Assembly: GCA_963724295.1 (NCBI GenBank)
Contig: CAVRUC010000008.1
Span: 64,001 to 128,000 of the forward strand
Origin: an uncultured Chloroflexia bacterium
GTDB lineage: Bacteria > Chloroflexota > Chloroflexia > Thermomicrobiales > UBA6265
Reading direction: 5' to 3'
Length of the DNA: 64,000 nucleotides
In this document: positions 45,410 through 56,230 of the stretch, in pieces
How the letters are laid out: each line of letters begins with the position of its first letter
Position numbering within the stretch: position 1 is the first letter of the stretch
Notes under the pieces: model-generated
Databases searched by the model: none
Told to the model about the DNA's origin: nothing
What the model saw: the letters and a program-made list of their open reading frames with translations, nothing else
Program-made: the position numbers and the translations under genes

Positions 45410-46777
45410 TCAGAACAACAGCGGCACCTGGCGGAACCCGCGCAGGAAGCTGCCACCCCACTGGATCTCGTCGGCGGGAACGGCGAGCCGCAGATCGGGG
45501 TAGCGCCGGATCAGCGTCTCAAAGGCGACCTGTCCCTCGACCCGGGCCAGCGGCGCTCCCAGACAGACGTGGATCCCCTTGCCGAAGGCGACGTGGCGGT
45601 TGGCATCCTCCCGGCTGATATCGAACGCGTCGGGAGCGACGAAGCGCTCGGGATCGCGATTGGCGCCCGCCAGACTGACAGTGACCTGATCCCCGGCGGC
45701 GATGCGCGTCCCCGCGATCTCGAGGTCCTCGGCGGCCATACGGCGCCCGACGAAGTCGACCGGCCCCCAATAGCGCAGTGTCTCCTCGACGGCATTCCTG
45801 GCCAGTCCCGGATCTTCCCGCAGCCTGGCGAATTGCTCCGGGTGGGTGAGAAGCGCGACGACGCCGTTGCCAATCAGGTTCACCGTCGTCACGTGTCCAG
45901 CCAGGTACATAAGGAAGACCGTCGCCAGGATCTCCTCTTCCGTCAGAACGACATCGTCCTCTTCCGCCAGGACCATCCGGCTGATCATGTCGTCGGTCGG
46001 CTGGCGGCGCTTGCGCGCGAACAGGTCTCTCAGGTAGGCGATGAAATCGCGGAGCCCTTGCCGTACTTGCTCGTCCATGGCGCTGTCGCGCCCGCGATCG
46101 ACCCGGAGCAGGTTCTCGGTCCAGCCCCGGATCTGCTCGCGATCCTCGCGCGGGATGCCCAGCATGTCGGAGATGACCGTCACCGGGAATGGGTAGGCGA
46201 AAGACCGGATCAACTCCATCCGCCGGTTCGGCGCGGTCTCGCCGCGCGCGGCCGCTTCCCGCTCGGCACGATCGAGGAGCGCATCGACGACCTGCTGGAT
46301 GCCCGGTCGCATCGCCTCCATGCCACGACCGGTGAAGCTGGGCTGGACCAGCTTGCGGATCCGCGTGTGGTCGGGCGGGTCGATGGCAATGAGGCTCCTG
46401 ACCAGCGGCCGGAACTCCTCCGGACTCTCGGGCATCTGCTCCCGTTGCTCGGGGGTCAACCGCGAGCGAGGATCGACGTAAAAGCGGTCGTCGAGCAAGG
46501 TGGCGACAACGTCGTCATAGTGGGTGACGAAAAAAGACTCCCGGTTGAACATCTCGTTGCGCGGTCCGTCACGCTCTGCACCTGCCTCGCCGGCGGCAAA
46601 CTTGACGACGCCGACGCGACCCCGCTCGCGCATCGCGGCGTAGGTGTCGTAGGCCGTGGCCATGAACGCGGGATCGCCGATGTCCAGCGTGACCACCTCG
46701 GGTACGAGCGGCTCCTCGGCGCCGTTTGCGTCCGCGGCGATCGTCTGTGGTTGGTCCGATGTCTTTAGAGTCGCCAT
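45410..46777 (-). CDS. Cytochrome P450 (CYP107-like)
   Basis: DPPDHTRIRKLV, AGHVTT, EETLRY, ANRDPERF, AFGKGIHVCLGAPLAR. Confidence 0.96.
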   Translation of the reverse strand: MATLKTSDQPQTIAADANGAEEPLVPEVVTLDIGDPAFMATAYDTYAAMRERGRVGVVKFAAGEAGAERDGPRNEMFNRESFFVTHYDDVVATLLDDRFYVDPRSRLTPEQREQMPESPEEFRPLVRSLIAIDPPDHTRIRKLVQPSFTGRGMEAMRPGIQQVVDALLDRAEREAAARGETAPNRRMELIRSFAYPFPVTVISDMLGIPREDREQIRGWTENLLRVDRGRDSAMDEQVRQGLRDFIAYLRDLFARKRRQPTDDMISRMVLAEEDDVVLTEEEILATVFLMYLAGHVTTVNLIGNGVVALLTHPEQFARLREDPGLARNAVEETLRYWGPVDFVGRRMAAEDLEIAGTRIAAGDQVTVSLAGANRDPERFVAPDAFDISREDANRHVAFGKGIHVCLGAPLARVEGQVAFETLIRRYPDLRLAVPADEIQWGGSFLRGFRQVPLLF

Positions 46778-46856
46778 GGTGTCTCGTCGATTTCCTTCCA
46801 GTTCGCGTCCGCTGCCTGCCGCTGGACCATCCGGCGGCGTTACGAGTCCCTCGATG

Positions 46857-47462
46857 TCAGCCAGGACGTGCCGTTCTCCCGGCACTGGCGCGGTCCAACC
46901 GCCTCGTATTCGGCTCGTCCATGACCGGCGTCTCCTCTTCACAAGCGCAGTCGTCATCCCAGGCGGGGAGATCGTCACCAACCTTCATCCCGACCGGCCC
47001 GGGAGCCTGTGCTTCGAGTGCGGCGAAGGTCCGCTGCAAGAGATCGAGCGCGCGGCCGAGCTCGGCCAGCTCGCGAGGCGAGGCCTGGGAGAGCGGCGCC
47101 GCGAGCTCCTCCGTCAAAGCCCGCTCGACGAGCGTGCTGGCGGCCAGACCAGCGTCGGTCAACGCCAGGCGGAGCCGCCGCCGGTCATTGGGGTCAGGCT
47201 CCCGGCGTACGAGCTCGCGACGCTCCAGACGGTCGATGATGCCGGTGATGACGGCCGGGGTGACCTGCCAGAGACGAGCCAGCTCGCCCGGCGAGGAGGC
47301 GCCGTTTCGAATGCCGGTGAGGGCGGCGTACTGGCGCAAGCTGAGACCGGTATCGGCCCCGGCCCTGTGGACGCGCGCTGTCACCCAGCGGCGCAGGACG
47401 GGAAGCAACGCCAACGTCTGCTGAGCGCGGTCGGCTCCTTGAGATACCTGGCTCGTGGTCAT
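46857..47462 (-). CDS. MarR family transcriptional regulator
   Basis: GLSLRQYAAL, SPGELAR, IIDRLERRELVRREPDPNDRRRLRLALTDAG. Confidence 0.93.
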   Translation of the reverse strand: MTTSQVSQGADRAQQTLALLPVLRRWVTARVHRAGADTGLSLRQYAALTGIRNGASSPGELARLWQVTPAVITGIIDRLERRELVRREPDPNDRRRLRLALTDAGLAASTLVERALTEELAAPLSQASPRELAELGRALDLLQRTFAALEAQAPGPVGMKVGDDLPAWDDDCACEEETPVMDEPNTRRLDRASAGRTARPG

Positions 47463-47526
47463 CGCATCCTCTTAGCGGTTCCGGCTGCGTGGGGCGCGCC
47501 ACACCGTCTTGTCATTCGCCGGAATT

Positions 47527-47556
47527 AGTTTATCACAGAAACCTTTTCCTTAGCAA
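47527..47556 (-). promoter_or_regulatory. marR promoter with overlapping short palindrome
   Basis: TTGCTA-N18-(TGn)TAAACT. GTTT-N7-AAAC at 47528-47542 overlaps the -10. Confidence 0.55.
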
Positions 47557-47749
47557 AGCGATGTGGCTGCAGGTTCGCTTGCCCACCGTCACCGCGCCGA
47601 AACCGGCTTTCCATGGACCGGTACAGAGAGGTGTGTGCCTCTCTGGCATGCCGGTTGCGTTCAGTTCAGCAGCTCGGCGAGCCGAGACCGCTTGCCCATC
47701 GTTCACAGTCGCGGCACGTGCGGCTGCTCCACCAGGAGAGGAAGTTCCG

Positions 47750-48073
47750 ATGCGTCGATCGCATGTAGCTGCCGCAACGCTCAGTCTCGCGCCCTGGGTC
47801 CTGGCGGGTTCGCTATTCCTGGCAGAGGGCGCGCCCGTCTCCGCCCAGGACGCAACTCCAGCCCCCATCGAGGTCACCACCGAGACGTCTACGGCGTCCC
47901 CGGAGCCCTCGGCGCAGGCCGTTGGTGGCGAGAACGCACCCTCGGCTGTGCCTGCCACCGGGGTCGGTCCCGGTCTCGCGGCTGGCGGCACCGGACCGCT
48001 CTCGCTCGGCGCTCTGGTCGGAGCCGGCGTCGCGGCCATTTTCGCGTTACGGGAGCGGCTCAAGAACCGCTAG
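47750..48073 (+). CDS. Small secreted protein with LPXTG-like (VPATG) sorting signal
   Basis: GAGGA RBS, signal peptide ending VSA-QD, T/S/P-rich middle, VPATG, hydrophobic helix, RERLKNR tail. Confidence 0.75.
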   Translation: MRRSHVAAATLSLAPWVLAGSLFLAEGAPVSAQDATPAPIEVTTETSTASPEPSAQAVGGENAPSAVPATGVGPGLAAGGTGPLSLGALVGAGVAAIFALRERLKNR

Positions 48074-48193
48074 TTCTCCCCATCCCGGCTGACAGTGGCC
48101 GGATCATCTTCGGTACTCCCCTGTCACCGGCCATACAATTCCCGCGCACGGCCGTCTCGATGTTCGGCGCCGCGACGCCAGGGAACTGACTGG

Positions 48194-49153
48194 GTGATTG
48201 CCGACTACTTGGTGCGGCGGCTCCTGCAGATGGTGCCACTGTTGATCGGGGTCTCGGTGCTGGGCTTCGCCATGATGCACCTGGCGCCGGGTGGTCCGAC
48301 CGCGCTCTACACCATGAATCCGAATGTCACCGCTGAGGACGTCGAGCGGATCAAGGAGGCCTGGGGGCTCAACGATCCGCTCCATGTTCAGTACCTGCGC
48401 TGGGTCGGCAACATGTTCAGCGGAAACTTCGGCAATTCGTTCCGGGGCGGGGCCGAGGTGCGCGGGCTGATCATCGAACGCATTCCCGCCACTCTGGAGC
48501 TGATGGGTACCTCCTATCTGATCGCGGTGGTCCTGGGGTTCTTCATCGGTACCCTCGGGGCGTTCCGGCAGTACTCCGTTTTCGACTATCTGGCCACGAC
48601 CGGGGCACTCATCACACTCTCCGTCCCCACCTTCTGGTTTGGGTTGATGGTCATCTTCATCTTTGCCGAACAATTAGGTTGGATCCCCTCAGGAGGGACG
48701 CGTTCGCTTGGGAGGGGCGGCGGCGGATTGGTCGATCAGGCTCATCACCTAGTCGCTCCGGCGATGGTGCTCGGTCTCGTTCTCACCGCGCAGTGGAGTC
48801 GCTATTTCCGCACCAGCTTGCTCGAAACCAAGAATCAGGAGTACGTGCGGACGGCTCACGCCAAGGGCCTCACGAACAGCGCGGTGCTCAGCCATCACAT
48901 CCTGCGTAACGCGATCCTGCCGATGATCGCCCTCGCCGGAGTGCAGCTCCCAGCGGTCTTCAGCGGCGCTCTGGTTGCCGAGAGCATCTTTGGTTGGGCC
49001 GGTATGGGGCGCCTCTTCCTCGATGCCTTGACCTACCGGGACTACCCGGTGCTCATGGCGATGCTGATGATCACCGCGTTCCTGGTCGTCATCGGTAACC
49101 TGCTGGCGGATCTTGCCCTGGCCATCGTCGACCCCCGCGTGCGAGCGGTCTAG
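48194..49153 (+). CDS. Peptide/nickel ABC transporter permease (DppB/OppB-like)
   Basis: YLVRRLLQ, ERIPATLEL, SVPTFWFG, EYVRTAHAKGL, HILRNA, RDYPV, DPRVR. Confidence 0.95.
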   Translation: MIADYLVRRLLQMVPLLIGVSVLGFAMMHLAPGGPTALYTMNPNVTAEDVERIKEAWGLNDPLHVQYLRWVGNMFSGNFGNSFRGGAEVRGLIIERIPATLELMGTSYLIAVVLGFFIGTLGAFRQYSVFDYLATTGALITLSVPTFWFGLMVIFIFAEQLGWIPSGGTRSLGRGGGGLVDQAHHLVAPAMVLGLVLTAQWSRYFRTSLLETKNQEYVRTAHAKGLTNSAVLSHHILRNAILPMIALAGVQLPAVFSGALVAESIFGWAGMGRLFLDALTYRDYPVLMAMLMITAFLVVIGNLLADLALAIVDPRVRAV

Positions 49154-49171
49154 CGGAGCGCGGGAGGACCG

Positions 49172-50080
49172 ATGGCCGCTACCCGAGCCGCCACTGCTGC
49201 CACGTTGAGCATGCCGGCCCGCATGAGCCGGGAAGAGAGCATCGCCGGTCAGATCTGGCGCCGGTTCCGCCAGCACCGGATGGCGATGTTCGGCCTGATC
49301 ACCATCATCGTGCTCTTTCTTGCCTCGCTCTTCGCCCCAGCCATCGCGCCCTACGACCCGGATCAGGTCAACCCCATCGCCCGGCATCAGCCACCGCTCT
49401 CCCCGGGCCATCTGCTCGGCACCGATGAGATCGGCCGCGACGTCTTGAGCCGGTTACTCTACGCGGGCCGGGTCTCACTGACCGTCGGCTTCGCCGCCAT
49501 GGTGGTAACGATCGTCGTCGGCTCGGTCGTCGGGCTCTGCTCCTCCTACTACGGTGGCAAGACCGACGTGCTGCTGATGCGCCTGACTGATGTCTTCCTG
49601 TCGTTCCCGACGATCTACTTGCTGCTGGTGCTGGCGGCCTTTGTGCGGCCATCTGTGCTGACCATCACGCTCATCGTCGGCTTGACCGCCTGGATGGAAG
49701 TGGCCCGAATCGTCCGCGCGCAGTTCCTGACGCTCAAGGAGCAGGAGTTCGTCACCGCGGCACGCGCGATGGGATCGACGGCGCCGCGGATCATGCTGCG
49801 CGAATTGCTGCCGAACGGGGTAGGCCCGATCATCGTCGCCGCGACGTTGCAGGTGGCGGCCGCCATTCTGGCCGAGTCCTACATCTCATTTCTCGGCTAC
49901 GGGATTCAACCGCCGCAGGCAAGCTGGGGCATCATGCTCAATAACGCCCAGGAGTTCTTCACCCGGGCTCCCTGGTTGGCCATTTTCCCGGGTGTGGCCA
50001 TCACCTTCGCCGTGCTGGCCTTCAACTTCGTCGGCGACGGACTGCGCGACGCCTTCGATCCCAGGCAGCGGGTGCGCTAA
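49172..50080 (+). CDS. Peptide/nickel ABC transporter permease (DppC/OppC-like)
   Basis: HLLGTDEIGRDVLSRL, EFVTAARAMG, SFLGYGIQPPQASWG, GDGLRDAFDPR. Confidence 0.95.
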   Translation: MAATRAATAATLSMPARMSREESIAGQIWRRFRQHRMAMFGLITIIVLFLASLFAPAIAPYDPDQVNPIARHQPPLSPGHLLGTDEIGRDVLSRLLYAGRVSLTVGFAAMVVTIVVGSVVGLCSSYYGGKTDVLLMRLTDVFLSFPTIYLLLVLAAFVRPSVLTITLIVGLTAWMEVARIVRAQFLTLKEQEFVTAARAMGSTAPRIMLRELLPNGVGPIIVAATLQVAAAILAESYISFLGYGIQPPQASWGIMLNNAQEFFTRAPWLAIFPGVAITFAVLAFNFVGDGLRDAFDPRQRVR

Positions 50081-50183
50081 TTCGCAAGAGCAGGCACAAT
50101 AGTGCGGCGTGCTTACGTTCAAGATGTTGTGTCACGACGCCGTCACGATCCGGCGCGTGTGATTCAGGCAGAGGAGGAACTCC

Positions 50184-51897
50184 ATGGTCCAGGTTGACAC
50201 GATCGCGGCGCTTTTCGAGAGCATCGCCAACGGGCGGCTCTCCCGCCGGCAGGCGCTCCAACGCGCTGGCGCGCTGGGTCTTGGCGTGGCGGCGGCTTCA
50301 ACGATTCCAGGTGGGCTCGGCGGCCCGACGAACGACGCCCTGGCTCAAGAGGGCGGCGAGCTCATCGTTGGCTCCTCTCAGGAGGCGGTCAACTTCAACC
50401 CCCTCCTCTACACCAACACCGGACCTGACACGCTGCCCGACGTCCTCATGTTCGACAGCCTCATGAAAATCACGCCCGAGGGCACGTTCGTCCCCAATCT
50501 GGCGACGGATGTTCCGACGCAAGGAGAACGGCGGCATCTCCGAGGACGGGCTGACCTGGACATTCACCCTGCGCGACGACGCCAAGTGGCATGACGGCGA
50601 GCCGTTCACCTCCCGCGACGTCCAGTTCACCTGGGAGACGATCATGAACCCCGACGTGGCGGTGCGCTCCCGCACGGGCCACGACAAAGTCGAGTCAGTC
50701 GAGACACCCGACGAGCACACCGTCGTCATGACGCTGAAGGAGCCATTCGCTCCCTTCCAGCTCCTCTGGACCGGTGGCGTGACCTCCATCATTCCCGCTC
50801 ACATCCTCGGTGAGGTCGAGGACATCAATACTGCCCCCTTCAACACCTCTGCTCCCGTTGGTACCGGTCCATTCAAGTTCGTCGAGCACGTCGGCGGAGA
50901 TCATCTGACGGTCGAACGCAATCCGGATTACCACGGCGGTCCCGCCAAACTCGACCGCATCATCATCAAGCTGATCCCCGAAGTTCCTCTCATGTTCACG
51001 CAGCTGAAGACCGGGGAGGTCCAGGTCATCGACTACCAGGGCGTTCCCGCGGAACGATGGGAGGAGGCGCAGAATACCGAGGGCATTACGCCGATTCGCA
51101 AGCCGACGAACTTCGTCGAGTTCATCTATTTCAACAACTCTCTGCCGCAGTTCCAGGACAAGCGTGTCAAGCAGGCGCTCTACCACGCTGCCGATACCCA
51201 GACGATCATCGACACGATCTACTACGGCTTCGAGAATCCGACGCTGACGTATCTGAACCCGGACCACTGGGCGTACAACCCGGACGTGAAGACGTACCCG
51301 TACGATCTCGATCGAGCGAACGCGCTGCTCGACGAAGCGGGCTGGGTGCGCGGCGATGACGGGGTGCGAGCCAAGGACGACGTGCGTCTGGCATTCAGCA
51401 TGTCGACGACGACCGGCAATCTCAGTCGGGAAAGCGCGCAGCTCATCCTGCAGCAATCATTCAAGGAAATCGGCGCCGAGATGACGATCGACAACCGGCC
51501 GGCCTCGACTCTCTGGGGAGACGATGTCCCGGCTGGCAAGTACGAGACGCTGATGGTCGCCTGGGACAACCCGATCCCCAGCGATCCTGATCCCACCTCG
51601 CGCCTCCACAGCAGCATGATTCCGTTCGAATCCGGCTCCGGTGCGAACTATGTCGCGTTCAAGAACGCGGAGGCGGACGCGCTGATGGAGCAGGGAGTGC
51701 GCGAGACGGACCAGGAAGCTCGCGCCGAGATCTACCGGAAGCTGCAGGACCTCCTGGCCGAGGAGCTGCCCTGGGCGCCGTTGTTCAACAACGTCAATCG
51801 ATTTGCGCACGTGAGCTCACTCCAGGGATACCGGCCGAATCCGTACATGGCGACCAATTTCGACAACGCGGCGGAGTGGACGCTCGCCGCGGAGTAA
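50184..51897 (+). pseudogene. Peptide ABC transporter substrate-binding protein (family 5, Tat signal) with a single +1 frameshift near 50520 (possibly an assembly error)
   Basis: LSRRQALQRAGALGL signal. ...LATDVPT then one extra base before KENGGISEDGLTWTFTLR. PVGTGPFK. Otherwise intact. Confidence 0.85.
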
Positions 51898-51909
51898 TAC
51901 CTGCCACAC

Positions 51910-51937
51910 CCCCTCTCCCCGGGTCCGGGGAGAGGGG
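51910..51937 (+). other. Intergenic hairpin after the substrate-binding protein gene (mRNA stabiliser/attenuator or REP-like)
   Basis: CCCCTCTCCCCG-ggtc-CGGGGAGAGGGG, no U tract. Confidence 0.6.
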
Positions 51938-51960
51938 CAAGAAGGTGAGGCTATCGGATC

Positions 51961-53121
51961 GTGAAACACGCCTACGAGTACATCGTCGTCGGTTGCGGTG
52001 GTCTCGGTAGCGCGGCGGCCTATCGCCTGGCGCGCGAGGCCGGAGGCGAGGTGCTGGCACTGGAGCAGTTCCGGCTCGGGCACGATAACGGCGCCTCGCA
52101 GGACCACTCTCGCATCATTCGCCTCTCCTACCACGATCCCGCCTACACCGCGCTAACCCCACACACGTACACGGCCTGGGGCGAGGTCGAAGAGGAGTCG
52201 GGAGTTCAGCTCGTCGTCAAGACTGGGGGTCTCGACCTGGCCGCGCCCGGCTCCGAAAGCATCGGCAACTACGCGGCGGCGATGACCGCGGCCGGGTTCG
52301 CCTACGAGGATCTCTCCGCCGACGAGGCCATGCGGCGCTGGCCGCAATGGCGCCTCGACGACGGCGATCGGGTGCTGTACCAGGCGGACGCGGGACTGGT
52401 CGACGCCAGAAAAGCAAACGCCGCGCAGATCGCGCTGGCGCGGGCACACGGCGCGACCGTGCTGGAAAACACCCCGGTACGCGAGATCAACGCCAACGAT
52501 GCCAGCGTCGAAGTCATCACCGACGACGCCATCTTCCTGGCTGGTACGGTGGTGGTTGCAGCGGACGCCTGGACGAACCAGGTTCTGGCCGGGGTCGGCT
52601 TCTCCATGCCGCTGACGATCACCCAGGAGCAAGTGACCTTCTGGGCGACCCCGCATCTGCGCCAGTTTGCGCCGGATCGCTTCCCGATCTGGATCTGGCA
52701 TGGCGAGGACTACTACGGGTTCCCGGTCTACGGCGAGGTGGCGACCAAAGCCGGCGTCGACGTCGGTGGGCAGGTGGTTACCACCGAGACGCGCACCTTC
52801 GAGAAGGACCGCGCCGCCAACGAGCAGCTCGTCGCGTTCCTGGAGCAACGGCTCCCCGGCTATACCGGACCCGAGCTCTATACCAAATCCTGCCTCTACA
52901 CGATGCCACCGGATCGCAACTTCACCATCGATTTCGTTCCCGGTCAGCCGCGAATCCTCGTGGCCCAGGGAGCGGCGCACTCGTACAAGTTCGCCGCCCT
53001 CATCGGCAAGATCGTCGCCGATCTGGCCGTGCGCGGCGAGACGCGCTACCCGATCGGCGCGTTCTCCGCGACCCGCGCCGCGCTGAGTGATCCCGCCTAC
53101 GAGCTGGCGCTACATATCTAG
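51961..53121 (+). CDS. solA: Monomeric sarcosine / N-methyltryptophan oxidase family flavoenzyme
   Basis: IVVGCGGLGSAAAY, GHDNGASQDHSRIIR, CLYTMPPD (covalent-FAD Cys), HSYKFA. Confidence 0.85.
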   Translation: MKHAYEYIVVGCGGLGSAAAYRLAREAGGEVLALEQFRLGHDNGASQDHSRIIRLSYHDPAYTALTPHTYTAWGEVEEESGVQLVVKTGGLDLAAPGSESIGNYAAAMTAAGFAYEDLSADEAMRRWPQWRLDDGDRVLYQADAGLVDARKANAAQIALARAHGATVLENTPVREINANDASVEVITDDAIFLAGTVVVAADAWTNQVLAGVGFSMPLTITQEQVTFWATPHLRQFAPDRFPIWIWHGEDYYGFPVYGEVATKAGVDVGGQVVTTETRTFEKDRAANEQLVAFLEQRLPGYTGPELYTKSCLYTMPPDRNFTIDFVPGQPRILVAQGAAHSYKFAALIGKIVADLAVRGETRYPIGAFSATRAALSDPAYELALHI

Positions 53122-53161
53122 GCTGGTTGCGCCAACTTCGCTCGTGGAAAGGGATCACCCC

Positions 53162-54301
53162 GTGACGGATTCGTGGTTGCATGGCCTGTTCTCACCCGAG
53201 GAAGCGGCCGCGCTTACCGCCGAGCTCGTTGCCATCCGCAGCTATCCCGGCGAGGAAGGTCCGGTGCAGCGTCGTGTTGCCGGGTGGCTGCAGGCGAACG
53301 GGCTGGGACCCGAGTACCAGCCGACCGAGGGCGACCGGCCGAACGTGATCGCTCGCGTCGACAATGGCTCTGGACCAACGCTCTTGCTCAATGGCCACGT
53401 CGACACGGTACTCGCGGTTGAAGGATGGTCGTCTGACCCGTGGACGCCGCGCCGGGATGGCGACCGGCTCTACGGTCTTGGCGCGGCCGACATGAAGTCG
53501 GGTGTCGCGGCGGCCATGCTGGCCACCCGCGCCCTCGCGCAGAACCGGGATCGCTGGCACGGGTCGGTCGTCTTCTCCTCGGTCGTGGACGAGGAGGCCT
53601 ATTCGATCGGGGCACGAGCGCTGATTGCCTCCGGCATCCAGGCCGACTACTGCGTGGTCACCGAATCATCATGGGAGCGGCCGGCGCTCGGCTCCGTCGG
53701 AAAGGTGCTGGTGAGGATCGACGTGACGGGGAAAGCGGCTCACGCCTCCTGGCCCTGGGAGGGGATCAATGCCGCCACCGAGGCAGCACGACTCGTCGCC
53801 CGCCTCGACGAGATCCCGCTTCTGGAGCACCCGCGCATGCGCGGCAGTCGCTGCGTCCTCTCGTTTGCCAGCGGCAACGACCAGTACGTCATCACCGTGC
53901 CGGAGAAGGCGCGGGTGATCCTCAACCGCATGATCGTCGCCGGCGAGAGCAGCCAGAGTGTGCTGGCCGAGGTGCAGGCACTCGTCGACAACCTGGAATC
54001 TGCAGCGACGTTCGAGCTCGCCATCGACCCGCCGTACTACCCGCCGTGGGAAACCGATGCGGAGCATCCCCTGGCTCTCGCGCTGGCCCGCGCGTACGAG
54101 GCAGAAGTGGGACGACAGCCCGAGTGGCGCTACTCGGGATTCGGTGACATGAATCTCTTCTCAGAGGAAGCCGGGATCCCCACGGTGGTGATCGGCCCGC
54201 ATGGCGAGAACTATCACCAGGCCGACGAGTGGGTCGACGTGCCAAGCATCGCCGCGACCTCGCGGCTGCTGGTGCGCATGGCGCTCGATCTGCTGGCATG
54301 A
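53162..54301 (+). CDS. M20 family metallohydrolase (ArgE/DapE-like)
   Basis: LLNGHVDTV, LYGLGAADMKSG, VDEE, GKAAHAS, HQADEW. Confidence 0.93.
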   Translation: MTDSWLHGLFSPEEAAALTAELVAIRSYPGEEGPVQRRVAGWLQANGLGPEYQPTEGDRPNVIARVDNGSGPTLLLNGHVDTVLAVEGWSSDPWTPRRDGDRLYGLGAADMKSGVAAAMLATRALAQNRDRWHGSVVFSSVVDEEAYSIGARALIASGIQADYCVVTESSWERPALGSVGKVLVRIDVTGKAAHASWPWEGINAATEAARLVARLDEIPLLEHPRMRGSRCVLSFASGNDQYVITVPEKARVILNRMIVAGESSQSVLAEVQALVDNLESAATFELAIDPPYYPPWETDAEHPLALALARAYEAEVGRQPEWRYSGFGDMNLFSEEAGIPTVVIGPHGENYHQADEWVDVPSIAATSRLLVRMALDLLA

Positions 54302-54711
54302 GCCCGCCGGGGCTCGAGCGAGTTGACCCAGTGAACGGGTGTTATCCAGGGTTTAACGAGAGATCTTGAACTTCTGAGGAACCTGAGCGGAGTCGAGATC
54401 TCATTTGCCGCCATGAGTGCCGCGACATCCGCGACGATCCCCTGCGCGTAGACGTCCGGCCACGGACTGGTCTGTTCCCCTCGCTCATAGTCCGCGGCGA
54501 GCCGTGCCAGCATGGCGGTCAGGTTGTCGACGTCGAGACTCTCGGCACCGGGGAGAAGATCGCGCAGACCGTGGTCGAGCAGATAGGCCGCGTACCAGGC
54601 CGGCCACTCCTGGTCGAATACCCCACCGAGATCGTTCGTCTCGTAGGCGGCGTGGGCTGTCTGCGTCTCCCTGAGCAGGGCGGCGACCGCTGTCTCCGCT
54701 GTCGTCTCCAT
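54214..54711 (-). CDS. Hypothetical protein (3' end uncertain, overlaps the M20 gene)
   Basis: AAAGGA RBS. HAAYE...DQEWPAWYAAYL...WPDVYAQ. Co-directional with the upstream reductase. Confidence 0.6.
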   Translation of the reverse strand: METTAETAVAALLRETQTAHAAYETNDLGGVFDQEWPAWYAAYLLDHGLRDLLPGAESLDVDNLTAMLARLAADYERGEQTSPWPDVYAQGIVADVAALMAANEISTPLRFLRSSRSLVKPWITPVHWVNSLEPRRAHASRSSAMRTSSREVAAMLGTSTHSSAW

Positions 54712-54732
54712 CGTCGAATCCTTTCGCTCGAC

Positions 54733-56124
54733 TCAGCTCTCGATGGACGCGAACAGATTGTTGAATGATTCGGCCAGCGTTGGATGGGCGAAGATGCCAT
54801 CCCGCAACGCGGTGTACGGCAGCTTGCCCATTATCGCGATCTGTGCGGCCGCCATGATCTCGCCGCCTTCCAGAGCGAGCGCGGCGAAACCGAGCATCTG
54901 GTCGCTTTCCGCGTCGACGACCGCTTTCAGGAAGCCACGCGTCTCGTCCACCTCCACGGCACGCGCGACGTCGCTCATCGGTAGCGTGGCAACGCGGACG
55001 GCGCGTCCCTGCTGGCGCGCCTCGGATTCAGTCAGACCGACCCGGCCGAGCTGGGGATCGGTAAAGACCGTGTAAGGGACGAGGCGACCGCTGGTCGTCG
55101 CATCCCCGCCGTCGATGAGATTGGTGCGCAGGATGCGGAAGTCGTCGTAGGAGATATGGGTGAAGGCCGGACCGCCGGTGACGTCGCCCAGCGCGTAGAT
55201 GCCCGGGACATTCGTCGCCAGCCGCTCGTCGACCGGAATGTACCCCTTCTCGTTTGTCTCGACACCGGTCTTCTCGAGCGCGAGGCGATCGGTGTTCGCG
55301 GCTCGTCCAACCGCCGTCAACAGGTGCGAGCCGCTGAGTACATGGTCGCCATTCTCTCCCTTCACGGTGAGGTCGATGCCGCCCCCTGATCCCGGTGCGA
55401 CGGAGCGCGCCTCGGTTGCCAGCAATACGGTGATGCCGTCCTCGCGCAAGATGCCGGCGATGGCATCCGCCACGTCGTCGTCCTCCCGCCCTAGCAGGCG
55501 CGGCCCTCGTTGCACGACCGTCACCCGGCTACCGAAGCGACGGAACATCTGGCTGAACTCCAGACCGACGTACCCGCCGCCCAGCACCAGGAGATGCTCC
55601 GGGACGGTGTCCAGCTCCATGATCGAGGTCGAGTCCAGGGCCGCCACGCGGTCGATCCCGGGCAACGGTGGGGGCGCCGGCCGGGTTCCGACGTCGAGGA
55701 AGATCTGTTCGGCAGTGACGTCGAGCCGGCCGTCAGCAAACTCAACGCACAGCGCCTTCGGCCCGGTGAAGCGAGCCTCTCCTCGAATCAGATCGAGTCC
55801 CGGCGTCTCTTCGATACGCCGTTCGGAACCCGAACGAAACGATGCGACAACCGCGCGCTTGCGCCTGCGGACCGCGGCCATGTCGACGCGCACCGGGCCG
55901 CTCTCGACGCCGTAATCGGCGGCGCGGCGCGCCAGGTAGGCAGCTCGGGCGCTGGCGACCATCGTCTTGGTGGGAGTGCAGCCCGTGTTGATGCACGTCC
56001 CACCGATGTGCTCTCGCTCGATCAGCGCGGTTCGCCGCCCGGCTCGGGCCAGCGCACTGGCCAGGGGTCCGCCTCCTTGTCCGGCGCCGACGACGACCGC
56101 GTCATAGTGTTGCGAATTCCCCAT
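54733..56124 (-). CDS. Class I pyridine nucleotide-disulfide oxidoreductase (MerA-like/RclA-like, no C-terminal Cys pair)
   Basis: [53 protein letters not shown]. Confidence 0.92.
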   Translation of the reverse strand: MGNSQHYDAVVVGAGQGGGPLASALARAGRRTALIEREHIGGTCINTGCTPTKTMVASARAAYLARRAADYGVESGPVRVDMAAVRRRKRAVVASFRSGSERRIEETPGLDLIRGEARFTGPKALCVEFADGRLDVTAEQIFLDVGTRPAPPPLPGIDRVAALDSTSIMELDTVPEHLLVLGGGYVGLEFSQMFRRFGSRVTVVQRGPRLLGREDDDVADAIAGILREDGITVLLATEARSVAPGSGGGIDLTVKGENGDHVLSGSHLLTAVGRAANTDRLALEKTGVETNEKGYIPVDERLATNVPGIYALGDVTGGPAFTHISYDDFRILRTNLIDGGDATTSGRLVPYTVFTDPQLGRVGLTESEARQQGRAVRVATLPMSDVARAVEVDETRGFLKAVVDAESDQMLGFAALALEGGEIMAAAQIAIMGKLPYTALRDGIFAHPTLAESFNNLFASIES

Positions 56125-56230
56125 GGAATTGCCCTTCTCCTGGCTCGCTGAGCATGTCACCGAGTGTGGTTGGTCGAGGACCCACTTGCCCAGTGGTCAG
56201 GACACAAACCCCCTGTACGGACGCCAAGTT

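Noticed and set aside
54733..56124. Mercuric reductase merA
   Set aside because: No N-terminal metal-binding domain, no C-terminal Cys-Cys pair and no mer operon genes. It is a generic MerA-like/RclA-like flavoprotein.
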